Origin: Schmidtea nova
Taxonomy: Eukaryota
DNA length: 64,000 nt
Assembly (NCBI GenBank): GCA_044892505.1
Contig: CM097883.1
Coordinates: 375,968,001-376,032,000, forward strand
Direction of reading: 5' to 3'
Part shown: positions 39,749-51,010 of the stretch, in pieces
Layout: every line of letters starts with the position of its first letter
Numbering within the stretch: position 1 is the stretch's first letter
Translations under genes and position numbers: made by a program
Notes under the pieces: model-generated
Database searches by the model: none
What the model was told of the DNA's origin: nothing
Seen by the model: only the letters and a program-made list of their open reading frames with translations

Positions 39749-40298
39749 TTTCATTTGCTATTGGTTACTTTTAATTTATATTATAGAAATTTTTAATGCT
39801 TGAAACCAGGTGTATAGGCTATTTGAATATTATTGGTCGCCATATTCAGTGAAACCCGGTGTATATTACATTAAACAGATATGCTTAATACAAAAATGTG
39901 CAATTTAAATTGATAATTGACAGTAACTTTTGCATTTTATTAGTTATATAGATTCAATTAAAATTTGTTTGTTTCAATATTTTTTTTTAATAATAAATTA
40001 TTAATGTTAATGTTAATGATAAAATAATAAAAATTCAGCTGTTTTTACTGATAATTTCCACACGTTAACTGTAATAAATCATTTTAATTTATATTTGTAT
40101 AATATCCTGTATCAGTTATGTATCTGTCTATCATATTATAAATACCCGAAAAGAACAATACAAGAAAATTAAATACACAGATTCACTGGCATCATATTTT
40201 GGGACCACCGCTTGATTGCCATTCGTCAATCATACACCTGGTGTCAAGCATTAAAAATTTCTATAAAATATATTAAAAATAACCAATAGCAAATGAAA
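39749..40298. mobile_element. MITE-like element with ~65-bp inverted repeats
   Basis: tttcatttgctattggtt...ccaggtgtat (39749-39815) mirrors atacacctgg...aaccaatagcaaatgaaa (40232-40298). Superfamily unclear. Confidence 0.7.
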
Positions 40299-41033
40299 AC
40301 TTACGTAGATGTTGCATTTTGATATTTCGTATTTAAAATATTTTAATATGTGTTAGACATTCTGTAAGAAAAAATAAATTATACACACAAACACAAAACA
40401 TAATGAAAATTGCATGCAAACTTTTAAAGGTGTTATTTATTTCGCTATTAAAAATCCTATAATAAAGTTATTTATTTTTAAAATATGGTTTTTTGGTAAA
40501 TATTTGGAATATTTCCTAGGGAGTTGTTCAGAAAATGGATAGATAACATCGTAAGTTTTATTTTAACATAAAATTTCATATATTTCCAAAAATTATTTGC
40601 AAAATTTTTTCGTTTTCAGTAGCCAAAAAAAATAATTCAGTCTAATTACTTTAAAATTATAGACAAAATAACATATTGTTGGATCCACCATTTGGTCCAC
40701 ATTCGACATAAAAATAATAATAATAGGAAAACAAATAAGAATAAAGGAATATTAATGTACTTAAATAAATTCCATTAAAAAGGAATTAAAAGTAATGTAA
40801 AAATATAAATGGTCTGTGAAATCAAAAGAAATAAAATGTTAAATGTTAAAAAGTCATAAGAAATAATATCTAAATAGCATAAAATTGATTAACAATAGAA
40901 TTTAATAGTTAAATTAAGAAAAAAATTAAAGAAATTTTAAGTGAATTTAAACAAAAAATAAAAATGATTATTTGTAAATGAAATTGATTATTTGCTTTTG
41001 ATAAAATTATGTTAGAACATCAGCTTCACGCTG

Positions 41034-41097
41034 ATTGGTTCAAAAACGATTGGTTCAAAAACTGATCTGGTCAGTATAAATACTGATCCAGATTCAG
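41034..41097 (+). promoter_or_regulatory. Candidate promoter: two reverse CCAAT boxes and TATAAATA
   Basis: gattggttcaaaaac repeated twice (ATTGG at 41034 and 41049); TATAAATA at 41075-41082. A second TATAAA lies at 41646. Confidence 0.5.
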
Positions 41098-41297
41098 ATG
41101 AAATATCATCATCATATAGATAGAGATAAAATTTTGATTTATATTTGTTAAATTTTATGCTTCAGAAGAACTTTGTGAGCAACTAAAGGTATGAGACTTT
41201 GATTGTTTTATTGTTTTATTATTATGATTGTACTGTCATTGACCATTATATCAATAAATTTTAATAAATATGAATTCTTTTATTTTACGATTTGTTT

Positions 41298-41595
41298 AAG
41301 CTTCTTCCACTGTGAAATCGGTGGAAGGAGACGAAGGTATTGAAAAGTCCATTTACATTTTATTTTTGAGTCAATTGAGCTTCTTCCACCGTGTAATCGA
41401 TGGAAGGAGGCAACATTATTATATTCAGTTACTAATTAGGTATGAGTTATATTATTTATGGGTATATTTTGGTCGAGCTTCTTCCACCATGTAATCGGTG
41501 GAAGGAGGCGAATTTATATTATATATTGTATTTAAGTAGATATATACATATTATTCAAGGGGCTCCTGAACATCGTGAAATCGATGAAAGGAGGC
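41298..41595 (+). repeat. Four-copy ~35-bp hairpin array with unique spacers
   Basis: agcttcttccac(c/t)-gtg(a/t)aatc-g(g/a)tggaaggag at about 41298, 41378 and 41476, with a degenerate copy at 41568. Confidence 0.88.
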
Positions 41596-42046
41596 ATACT
41601 GTGCCGAGTAGAAGACTGCTCCGTACAGTTAGTCCGTCCGACTGGTATAAAGTGCCACTCGGAGGGTAGGATTTTACTAACCATAAATGCTAACATTTTT
41701 TATCACTGGACAGTACAGCCAGTTTGAGTTTGAGTTTAATTCTAATTTTGAGATAATCATAGATTGATTTTATTTTTGAGATAATAATAGATGTGATTAT
41801 TATTGATCTGATTTCATATTTGGATTAACAGAATGGTACCCTATTTTTACGATTGTCACATCTGGGGTTTGTTGGCTTAAAGCGGCTGAGATAAGGTTTA
41901 GAAATAAGTATAGAATACCCTTTGAACGAAGTAACACAAGAAATCGATAACCTTAATAGCGTAGTTCAGTGATCTACCACGCAAGTAGAATATCATCAAT
42001 AGGCTAAAGGATCAAATATTCAACACAGATAATTAATATAATTGAT

Positions 42047-42188
42047 TATCCTGAACCCTGTACATAGGGCAGTAGATCTTAGTTTTATTTTCAATAATTT
42101 ATTATCCTGATTGCTGTACATAGCACAGGCGTGAATAAATGAAATAAATTATCAAATGAATGTATCTGATCGCTGTACATAGCGGCAG
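42047..42188 (+). repeat. Three-copy bulged hairpin array (CTGTACATAG core)
   Basis: Copies at 42047, 42103 and 42163 with co-varying stems. Confidence 0.88.
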
Positions 42189-42310
42189 TGTTGAAAGTAG
42201 GTATATTATTTCTTTTCCTGAATTAGAAATTAAAAGTCGTAGAAATTAGGAGAGTTATTCAAACCAAAAAACCAAGTTCATATTGATAAACCATCTTGAA
42301 TTCTAGAAAA

Positions 42311-42843
42311 ATGTCAATCAACTCAGTAACTCATCAAGCAGAATTGGACAAGGCGTGGCGCATTATCCGCAGCCTGGAGAAAGAGATGTTGAGAAAATCA
42401 GAAAGGATAAAAGAAGCTGACATCACAATAGCACAATTAAAAAAGAGCTGAATGATGAATATAAAATGGAGCTGGAAGCAACTAAAATGGAATTAAGGAA
42501 ATGCTTAAAATCGGTAACGGCTTCTTACCTCAATCAAGAGTTGAAACAACTCATCCGTCCAATTACATATCAGCATTGGGCTGAAGAGAAGTCAGGCTGT
42601 TCAAAAGGAACAAATACGGATGAACCATCTCAGGTTCGAAAAATCCCAGTGCAAACTACACCAAAAAGCGTAGGAAATCCAGAGATTAAAAAGAAGAAGA
42701 AGAGTAAGATGGGCGCACGTCAGCGGCGCTGGAAAAAGCAAGTCCTACAACAATTGATACATCATTCGAAAGAAATACCGGAAATCGACTTAACTATGGA
42801 TTTCGTAGTAACTGATGAAGATATTATCAAATATTTTGAATGA
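42311..42843 (+). pseudogene. Coiled-coil ORF with Arg/Lys-rich motif and one frameshift
   Basis: MSINSVTHQAELDKAWRIIRSLEKEML...AQLKK joins by a frameshift near 42445 to ELNDEYKMELEATKM...KKKKKSKMGARQRRWKK...; ttctag acceptor just before the ATG. Confidence 0.6.
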
Positions 42844-43619
42844 CGACTTGAGACTTTTTAGTATTATTGAATTGTGTATAAAAATTTAGCTTAATTATAT
42901 GTTTTGTTTTTGTATTTATTTTATTATAAAGTATTGGAAATAAAGTATTTTATTAAAAATTTAAAATTAAATTAAATTAAAGGTAGATTATAAGTAACAA
43001 TAGGATTGACATAGATATAATAAACAATAGGAGCATCAAAGAGATAACATATTGTAATCGATTAAAGATTATCTGTTGATATTGTAAAGAAGGGGGCAGA
43101 AAAGAAACATTAAAATGCAAGACAAGGAATGCGGATAGATTAAAAGTAAAGCGTAAGTCCTTCTATCGGCAGCGAGACGAACCCGTGAACATAAATGGGG
43201 AGTAGTTTTAGCAATAGAGCTCACCTGCCCATCATTGTTCAAACACCTTGCACATTTCCAACTCGATTATTACAGGGAAATGATCGAGGGTGCTCGTGTG
43301 ATACGTAAGCATTTTATGTTTGGTCTTGGATGGAGGCATCCCTAGAGCGTTTATTTATTCTATCTTTTTGTTTTAACCCATCCAACAACCGCAACAATAT
43401 TTACACTTCAATTTAGACATTTTGAAGCCTCAGATAATACAGGATAATAAACTTTGCCAATTCTTGAAATAAAAAATAATCTTAATTAAATTATTTCTTG
43501 GAATAATTCAAAATATTTCAAAATTAGAAATAATTATAATAATTCTTATTAAAATATAATTTTTTAACTTACGTTAAAATAAAATAATTCCCAAAAAATG
43601 TTTAAAAAATCATGATTTC

Positions 43620-44114
43620 CTAAAAAGTATTGGATCGGCGCATCCAGCTCCGTTTGATATCTTTATCTTTTTGAAGCTTCTTTTCCTCATAACTTATAGC
43701 TTCCAGTTGTTTTCTACCGACCGCAACAGCTCGACGACCAGCTACAAATCCACTGGGATCGGTTTTGAATAACAGTGGCTTATCCATCTCCTTATCACAC
43801 GAAAATGGGATCATTGAACAGCCTAATGGCATCATTACAGCTGATTGAATATACGCTTGATTTATTTCGACAATACATAGACAAATCTTGTCACAGGACA
43901 TTTCGTAATCCAAATTACACTCACATCGTGCAGCTTCCATTTGTGCACGGCATACTTGCGATCCGCAATCAGGAATCATTTCGGTCCTAACGCAACCGGT
44001 ACTCTCATTTACGTTAAATAATCTTGTAGCTTGAACATCCACAAAAAGTAATCCATTCATCGCCATCGCTTTAAATGCATATTCGGTTCCCAATCGAAAA
44101 CGAAACATATCCAA
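43620..44114 (-). CDS. Intact 164-aa Cys-rich hypothetical protein
   Basis: Open frame in a GC-richer island within AT-rich DNA; many Cys in the central part; no family recognised. Confidence 0.5.
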   Translation of the reverse strand: MDMFRFRLGTEYAFKAMAMNGLLFVDVQATRLFNVNESTGCVRTEMIPDCGSQVCRAQMEAARCECNLDYEMSCDKICLCIVEINQAYIQSAVMMPLGCSMIPFSCDKEMDKPLLFKTDPSGFVAGRRAVAVGRKQLEAISYEEKKLQKDKDIKRSWMRRSNTF

Positions 44115-44810
44115 AATCCGAAATAAATTCCAATAAATTCAATTATTAACGAAGAAATTAAATTAAATCCACAAGATTAAATTATATTTTAAATTCCAAT
44201 CCATTTTACCGCCATAATTAATTAATCGAATAAATCACACAAGATCCAGAAGCCCAATTACAAAATTAATTAAAGATCGTATTCAGCAATTAAATTCAAA
44301 TCATTCATCCAAAGTTAAATTCTGCCAAGATAAATAATTAATTAATTAATCCGATAAAACAAATCCATCCATAAAGCAATTACTTCACAATTTGTTACAA
44401 AACATTTAAAAAACAAAACATGCGTCTTTCATTTAAATTTTCGTAATTATAATTAACACAAACCATTTCTAAAAAATTACACGACCGACCGCACAAACTA
44501 AGCATACCGAGCGAGCAAAGAGAAAATAAATACAGCACAAAATAACTCCAAAAACTGACAAACAACTATCGCAATTTATACAAGTGAGAGTGACATAGTA
44601 AAATATAACAAATAAGCAATTGATTCCCGTTCCAGCATCAAGAAGTCACATATCATCATCACCATCTATCATCTTTTCAAGTCACGAGTATAAATATCAT
44701 CTCAAAACTATCACTTGTGTCCGCAGAATTAGCACATACTACCACACTGCACACCAACAAAGACAAAACTACCCATTCCTACAAATCAAATTTTCTTGAC
44801 GCGATGGTGG

Positions 44811-45618
44811 CTAGTAGCCCCAACTGTTCTGATTCGGAATATGAGAATATAGAAACTGTTGTTGAGGCTGAGGTTGTGGCTGCTGAGATTGCTGTTGATT
44901 CTGACCAACAAAACTTACAAAAGCAAACGACCTAAACGGTCTTGGAATATAAATAGACTCAACTTTTCCGTATTGATTGAAGAAGCTCCGCAAAACATCA
45001 GCGGTTACAGCTTCCGATAATCTACCAACGTGGATTTTGTTGCGAACTTCGTTGGCTTCAGGATTCATCTGAACAGATTTCGAATATGGAATTTTCACCT
45101 CGCACCAGCGATTATCAATGCAATGCTGCTCAGCCAGACACATGACTTGTGCATCGTAATCAGCAAATCTGATAAATGCATAACCTTTACTCTTCAACGT
45201 GTCGGGCTCACGTTTCACCTGTACCATTACCACATCGCCGAATTTCGAGAAATACATTTTCAAAGCTTCGTCATCTGTTCGCCAAGGTATATTTAGCACT
45301 ATCAAATCTGTACACTTCTTCCCTTCCATTTTTTTTCGTTTTAGCTAATGTATATTGTTCATCGTCTGATTTGCGCTTATTATCTTTAAACAACACACAA
45401 GAATATGTATAAGTTTCCCACCCTTCAGGAGGCGGATAAAACCTATCAGAAGCAAATCTCACCCCTCGATATATGCCGGTGTCTTTACTTTTATATTTCA
45501 AACCTGTAGCTTTAGGAAACTGACAAGTTAATGTAGACGACAAGAGAGTTCCATCTTCCTCTAACGGTAACTCAATCGTCGGCTCTTCTTCTTCTTCACA
45601 AACAATTACATATTTCAT
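44811..45618 (-). pseudogene. TARDBP: Intronless TDP-43 homolog with a +1 frameshift and truncated RRM2
   Basis: N-terminal domain (EPTIELPLEEDGTLLSSTLTCQFPKATGLKY), KRK NLS region, RRM1 (DLIVLNIPW...KGYAFIRF...IDNRWCEVKIP), RRM2 start (IHVGR...IPRPFRSFAFVSF), then a short Q-rich tail; extra A in the A8 run at 45329-45336. Confidence 0.92.
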
Positions 45619-47101
45619 TTTTAACTTAGGTTTAAAATTCTCATAAATTAACTATAGAGATATTGATAAGACCGTCTAACGGCTTCCAGGCTCGCTCCAC
45701 AATCTCTCACAGCGATCAAGCACCCAATTAATTATTTTATTTATTATTTAATTAATTTTAAAAATATTTTAAGAGCGGGCGCGACCAAGTATTTAAAAAT
45801 TAAGTAAATGTAAGTGTAGAACATATAAAATAGAAATATTCGGAGAACGATTAATTTCATTAATAAACTTTTGCTAAAAAATAATTTTACTTATATTTAA
45901 ATAAAATACTTCCAAAAAAATTCATATTTTTCTAAAAAACTAATAAATATAAAATAATAATGAAGAATATAGATAACCTTTCAAAGCTTCTATAGTGATA
46001 TTACATCATTGTAAGATCAAAATAGAATCCTTAAAAGATATCTAGATAAATAAAATTACCTGATAGCCATTTTTAAAAAATGGCTAATTGAAAAATAAAT
46101 GTCACCGGGTGTATATAAATACTGTACAGTTAATGCAGCACCATCTTCATTCGATTCAAACCGTGATTAGCCAACAATACTGTCTTGATTTTGACTGTGC
46201 GTCTATATTTGAGAAAGTTGTGTGTATACTTAACTTACAGATATACCATGTAATGGGTGAAACAAAATTGCGTGTGTCAGAAAAACTGACACATTCGAAA
46301 CATTACAGCAGAAAACTGTACAAATTTTTAGCAAATTAAAGTTAGTGTTAAAAATACGAGTAAGTAAACATGCATCTATACACATATAGTTTTATAATGC
46401 AATGATTATACAAAATATATAAAAATAAATGACCAATAGGAAATAAGGATAATGATACTAGCTAGTTAAAAAATTTCAAGTACCTCTTCGAAAGGAATTG
46501 ATTGATATATGCCATTAGCTCATTGTATTAGTTTCACGCATTAAAAATTTCTAGAAAATTTCAACAGAAAAACAGGCCAATAAAAATGAAACATGTTGTA
46601 GCACACGTACACAGTGTACACATTTACAAATTTCAAATTATCGACTCAGTACATCAGTCAGTCTGCAGGATTAACACAGATAAACACACACACTCCCATA
46701 TGTATTTCAGTTATTTCAGTCATTTCAGTTAGATCTGTAAGCATTATTTGTTCCATTTTGTGCATGCTTTGGACAAGCAAAACAAATTTGCGAAGTACTT
46801 GCCAGAATATTCAAAGTAAGTTTTTTTCTTCTCTAACTTAACTTATTGAATATTTATAATTGCATTCGATGTAACCAAAGTTGTTACTACTATAAAGTAG
46901 AAAGGATTTATATTGTTTACGCTAACTATCAAACAGTAGATCTCACAGAATTAAATAATAAATGGTTAAAGAATATTTTTTTTGACGAGGACTAAAAATA
47001 CATGTACATGGTCTTATGGGTAGCAATTAAAAAAAATAAAAGGTTAGTCAAAACTTTAAATTTATTGAACTTAAACTTATTGAGATAAATACAAGAATTT
47101 C

Positions 47102-47138
<37 letters not shown>

Positions 47139-48239
47139 GTGATAATGATAATAATAATAATAGTGATAATGATAAATGATTTTATTTCGTGAAAATAATA
47201 ATGGTAAATTGTCGGTAATTTATTTTAGTTGTCAGTTTTCGCTCAGACTGACACTTTAATTATCCCCGCCATCAATCATTCCGATGCCACCTATCATTTT
47301 TATATAATTGAGCTACTTATCAAATCGAGTTAGACATGTTACTGCGAATGTCGACCATTGCTCAATCAACTAGATCCTATATTTAAAATTTTAATTATGT
47401 GTTTATTCACGAGACATCAATTTTTTAAAATTAGTTAACAAATTTGATAATAAGGCTACTGTCAATGATTTTCGTCATGCCTTTTCAGTTTTGCTGTTAA
47501 TATCTGTTTCGGAGTTTAATTCTTATTTAATGATGGAACGATTTTACAGCGAAACTCATTAGGTATTTATCATTCAGGGCTGTTTTCTCTGTGAGGATGT
47601 GCCCCTTGTAAAATTGATGGCAATCTCATTGGTCCGCCAATTTGGCTATATTAATAAGTCGGCTATCATAATGTTATGATAAAATAAATTTAAATTACTT
47701 CGCAAGCCAAACGAAAAAAAAGTTTTGTCTATTAAAATAATTCGAATATTATTTGGAAGTAAGTGTATGATATAAAGTTTAAAATTATTGAATGCTCTAA
47801 GGTATTAAAATTAAATTTATTATAAATTGAAATTTAATAATCGTTGTGTAATTTGCCAAAATTATTCCCAAGGATTTTGATCAAAGGAACTGAATTATAT
47901 CTATTAATTTAAATTTCGTGATGTTTATTTTCTTAAGAATAGGCATGAATTTGTGTGAAAATTTTATGAAAAGAAAAATGTTGAAAGAAGTTCCACAATT
48001 AGAGAAAAATGATTTTAATTTCAAATTAATATCAGAAAATTATAGCTTATTATATCTAGAGGCGGCTTCACTAGTCAAATATGTTATGAGCCTGAAAGTA
48101 ATATTTTTATTATTGCTTTTATTTTTTTTTTTTTTTGAATTTATTTTTTCTTAATTATTAATTTTGAATATTTTTCTTAATTATTAAAATAATTTCTTTA
48201 AGGATTTTATTTCATAATTTTCCCCAATGATAACCACAG

Positions 48240-48840
48240 TGTGACATGAACAGGAACTACAGAACGTAAATGTTTTAAATTTGTTTATTTATTTATTTAT
48301 ATATTAGTGACAGTTTTATAATAATAATGTAGTTTTATTTATTTCAGAATTTTGTTACTTGATTTACTAAAGCTCGATTAGCAGCTCGAAGATCAATGTT
48401 AAAAACTAAAGCTTATTTATCTTTTATTTGTCCATTAAAACTTTTATGTTAACCTTTTTAATTAATATTGTTACATTTTACTTTCTTTATTCGATTATAT
48501 GTTTAATGTAAGTTCGATTTAATATTTATTTTACTTAACACTATGGAAATTTAATAATAATTCGAAATTTAATAATAGTTCGAATGGTTGCGTTACGTCG
48601 ATAATAATAATAATAATAATATTAATAGTAATAACAATTATAATAACAATAACCGTAATAACAATAATAATAATAACAATAATAATGATAACAATAATAA
48701 TAACAATAAAATTTATTATTATTGCTTAGAACACTATAAAAGTATAATGACTATAGTAATTTATATAATGATGATGTTAATGATACTAATTTCTATAATT
48801 AGGATGATAATGACACTGATAGCATTTACCTCTAACAACA
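48240..48840 (-). mobile_element. Probable 3' LTR of the Gypsy element
   Basis: On the minus strand it starts TGTTGTTAG right after the PPT; the end GTCACA at 48240 is inferred. Contains an AAT tract. Confidence 0.55.
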
Positions 48841-48853
48841 GACCCTTCCCACT
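48841..48853 (-). promoter_or_regulatory. Polypurine tract
   Basis: Minus strand AGTGGGAAGGGTC abutting TG. Confidence 0.65.
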
Positions 48854-49083
48854 CGTCGTCCAGGGTAGCCAAACCCCGGTGATTGGGATTGTTTTGTTTG
48901 TTAGTTAGCTATTTTATTTTTATCTCTATTTAAAACAATTACTTATTTGCTTTATAAGTTGACTGAAAGTTAAAGCTACTGGGTCTAATTGGTGGGTTGC
49001 CATAAATAAACGAATCCACAATATTTTACGATTATTTATTTTATAAATAAATCATATACAGTTTAATAAATTTCAGTTAATCA

Positions 49084-50274
49084 TCAATCCATTTTTATCT
49101 CCATTCGGTTTGATCCGTGCTTGTACCGAACAATCGTTTCTTCTCGCTCATAGATAACACTGCTGTATAATATAGTTTTGCTGACTTCAATTGTCGGATC
49201 TGCTTTCCTTTTCAACTCGTTTACTTCTCTATACATTGGGCCATATTCTAACAAGGGTTGGAGTTTCACCATGTTCCAGTTTGGTATTGTTTCCAGACTC
49301 TCTTCAACTGGATCTATCAGTGTTTCCATTGGATAACTCAGATCAATAGGAGGAACTTCGCTCTCTCCCATTACTATGTATTCACTTGTTAAATCTATTG
49401 CTTCCATAGCCATGTTCTCCAGGATTTGTGCTAACTTTTGCCTATCGGTTCCCTGAGTTGATTTGGATGTGTTGGTATAAAACTTTTTGTATTCCTTTAG
49501 AGAATACTTTCTTGATGGTTGTTTTCTGGGAATCACTATGTCGTCAATCCATTGATTCTCTATCCGTTGGTATATTTTCCGTATCGTTTTGACATCGTCC
49601 AGCGCAGAGTGTATCCAAACCTGCGTTTCTCCGCATATTTCCCGTGATACTGTCTGCAGCTTGAACCACTCTCCTCTTCTGGTTACATTCATTCTTTGTA
49701 GTATTTGTGCAGCTGCAAGATCCCGTATCCCATACAGTTGATCTACCCATATTCCCAGATACTGTAGTTCGGCATGTAAGTCGTGGCCTATTAATATTTT
49801 CCCCACTGTTAGCCTCTGAATATCCTTCATTTCCGAATATTGATCATGCTGATTTCTGCTGGCCACTTCTGTAATTCCATGGATCTTGGAATTGAAATAA
49901 CCAATTTTCCCCCTTGGGGTCAAATACACGTCTTTAACTATTTTTCCATGGTAATTTATCATCGCAACTGATAAAGGGATCATTTTTTTCGTTTCCGATG
50001 TGGCATATTCCGGGTCCACGAATATTATTCTGTTCCGAATTTCCTCGATATCCATTTCTTTCCTAATGAATGAGAGTTTCCTTTTTAACATTTCTGCTGA
50101 TATTTTCATCAACGTTGGATCCTGTTCCTCTGATGGTTGTGTGCTTGGCCTCTCATTTGGCTCGTTTTCTATTTTTGTTTCTAAAACAATGATTGTTTCC
50201 TCATTCGCTGCGCGTATAGGTTTCGCCGTGATTTCCATTTGGATCTTCCAGGACGACCATTTCTTCAATTCCAT
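49084..50274 (-). CDS. DEDDh 3'-5' exonuclease (REX4/ISG20-like), retroelement cargo
   Basis: ExoI IFVDPE, NSKIHGITE, ExoII ILIGHDLHAEL and ExoIII HSALDD, in order and spacing typical of REX4/ISG20-like nucleases. Confidence 0.85.
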   Translation of the reverse strand: MELKKWSSWKIQMEITAKPIRAANEETIIVLETKIENEPNERPSTQPSEEQDPTLMKISAEMLKRKLSFIRKEMDIEEIRNRIIFVDPEYATSETKKMIPLSVAMINYHGKIVKDVYLTPRGKIGYFNSKIHGITEVASRNQHDQYSEMKDIQRLTVGKILIGHDLHAELQYLGIWVDQLYGIRDLAAAQILQRMNVTRRGEWFKLQTVSREICGETQVWIHSALDDVKTIRKIYQRIENQWIDDIVIPRKQPSRKYSLKEYKKFYTNTSKSTQGTDRQKLAQILENMAMEAIDLTSEYIVMGESEVPPIDLSYPMETLIDPVEESLETIPNWNMVKLQPLLEYGPMYREVNELKRKADPTIEVSKTILYSSVIYEREETIVRYKHGSNRMEIKMD

Positions 50275-50543
50275 CCACGGCCTATTCGGTCCATTATTTC
50301 TACTGTTCCTTTGATAAGATGTAGGTATTATTGTTCTTTATTGGATATTCGAACTTCGTCCGTTAACTTCATTCCCATCTTTCGGTGTATTCTGAGTATT
50401 TTAATTTTCATTTTTCGGTCGTTGATTCTGAAATAATTTGGGATTTGTAAGTTGTCTGTAATCTGGAATTTTTGCCCTGCATGGCGTCTTTGCAGCTTTG
50501 CATAGTTGTCTAATGTGGATCTTGCCCATTGAATTTGTTTCAT
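50275..50543 (-). pseudogene. Disrupted N-terminal extension of the exonuclease ORF
   Basis: In the copy at 30294-30533 this segment is in frame with ME(L)KK; here it carries one stop and a 1-nt deletion. tttcag acceptor 5 nt before the ATG. Confidence 0.75.
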
Positions 50544-50619
50544 TCTTACTGAAATATTTATAATTAAAGGTTTATCAATTTAAAATTTGAATCTAGGGTT
50601 AAAATGAAGTGCCCGTATA

Positions 50620-50720
50620 TATAAATATTAATAAAATAAATATATAAAATAAATATTAATATAAAATAAATATTAATATAAAATAAATATTAATATTAAT
50701 ATAAAATAAATATTAATAAA
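50620..50720. repeat. ~17-bp AT-rich tandem repeat
   Basis: aatataaaataaatatt repeated about five times. Confidence 0.8.
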
Positions 50721-51010
50721 AAAATTACCAATTTAAAATTTTGAAATCGGATTTATTTAAAAAAAATTTAAGTTTAAAGGATTAACGCTTCCTTATATGC
50801 CCCTTACAAATTTTCTATAACCTATTTCCTACTTTTCTACTCCCCTTGTCCTTTAGTGCTAGCCAATCAAATTTATTCTTCCTTTATTTCGTCCGAAAAG
50901 CAGTTTTACATGAACATTGATGGCACTATCACTGATAACACTGAATAAAATGTAAAAAACTAATACTACTACTATGTTATCAAAATTGCATGCAAATTAA
51001 TCATGTCTTA

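Larger units (their letters stand above)
41010..41860 (+). mobile_element. Probable LTR
   Basis: Begins TGTTAG and ends TGTCACA, followed 2 nt later by TGGGG (degenerate PBS-like). No second copy was found, so boundaries are inferred. Confidence 0.5.

Noticed and set aside
41298-41595. CRISPR array
   Set aside because: Eukaryotic LTR context, no cas genes, only four degenerate repeats, and spacers of irregular length with background AT composition.
43620-44114. FVDVQ as a second DEDD nuclease motif
   Set aside because: No ExoII or ExoIII motifs follow; the similarity is limited to three residues.
44900-44925. GTAAGT splice donor in TDP-43 RRM2
   Set aside because: It encodes the conserved V-S-F of RNP1, the next AG gives only 18 nt, and no downstream exon with the rest of RRM2 was found.
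45325-45340. Programmed -1 frameshift in TDP-43 at the A8 run
   Set aside because: Restoring the frame needs +1, not -1; a homopolymer error or mutation is simpler.
46088-46841. Possible host exons (e.g. LFVPFCACFGQAKQICEVLARIF before gtaagt)
   Set aside because: No consistent exon chain or recognisable family.
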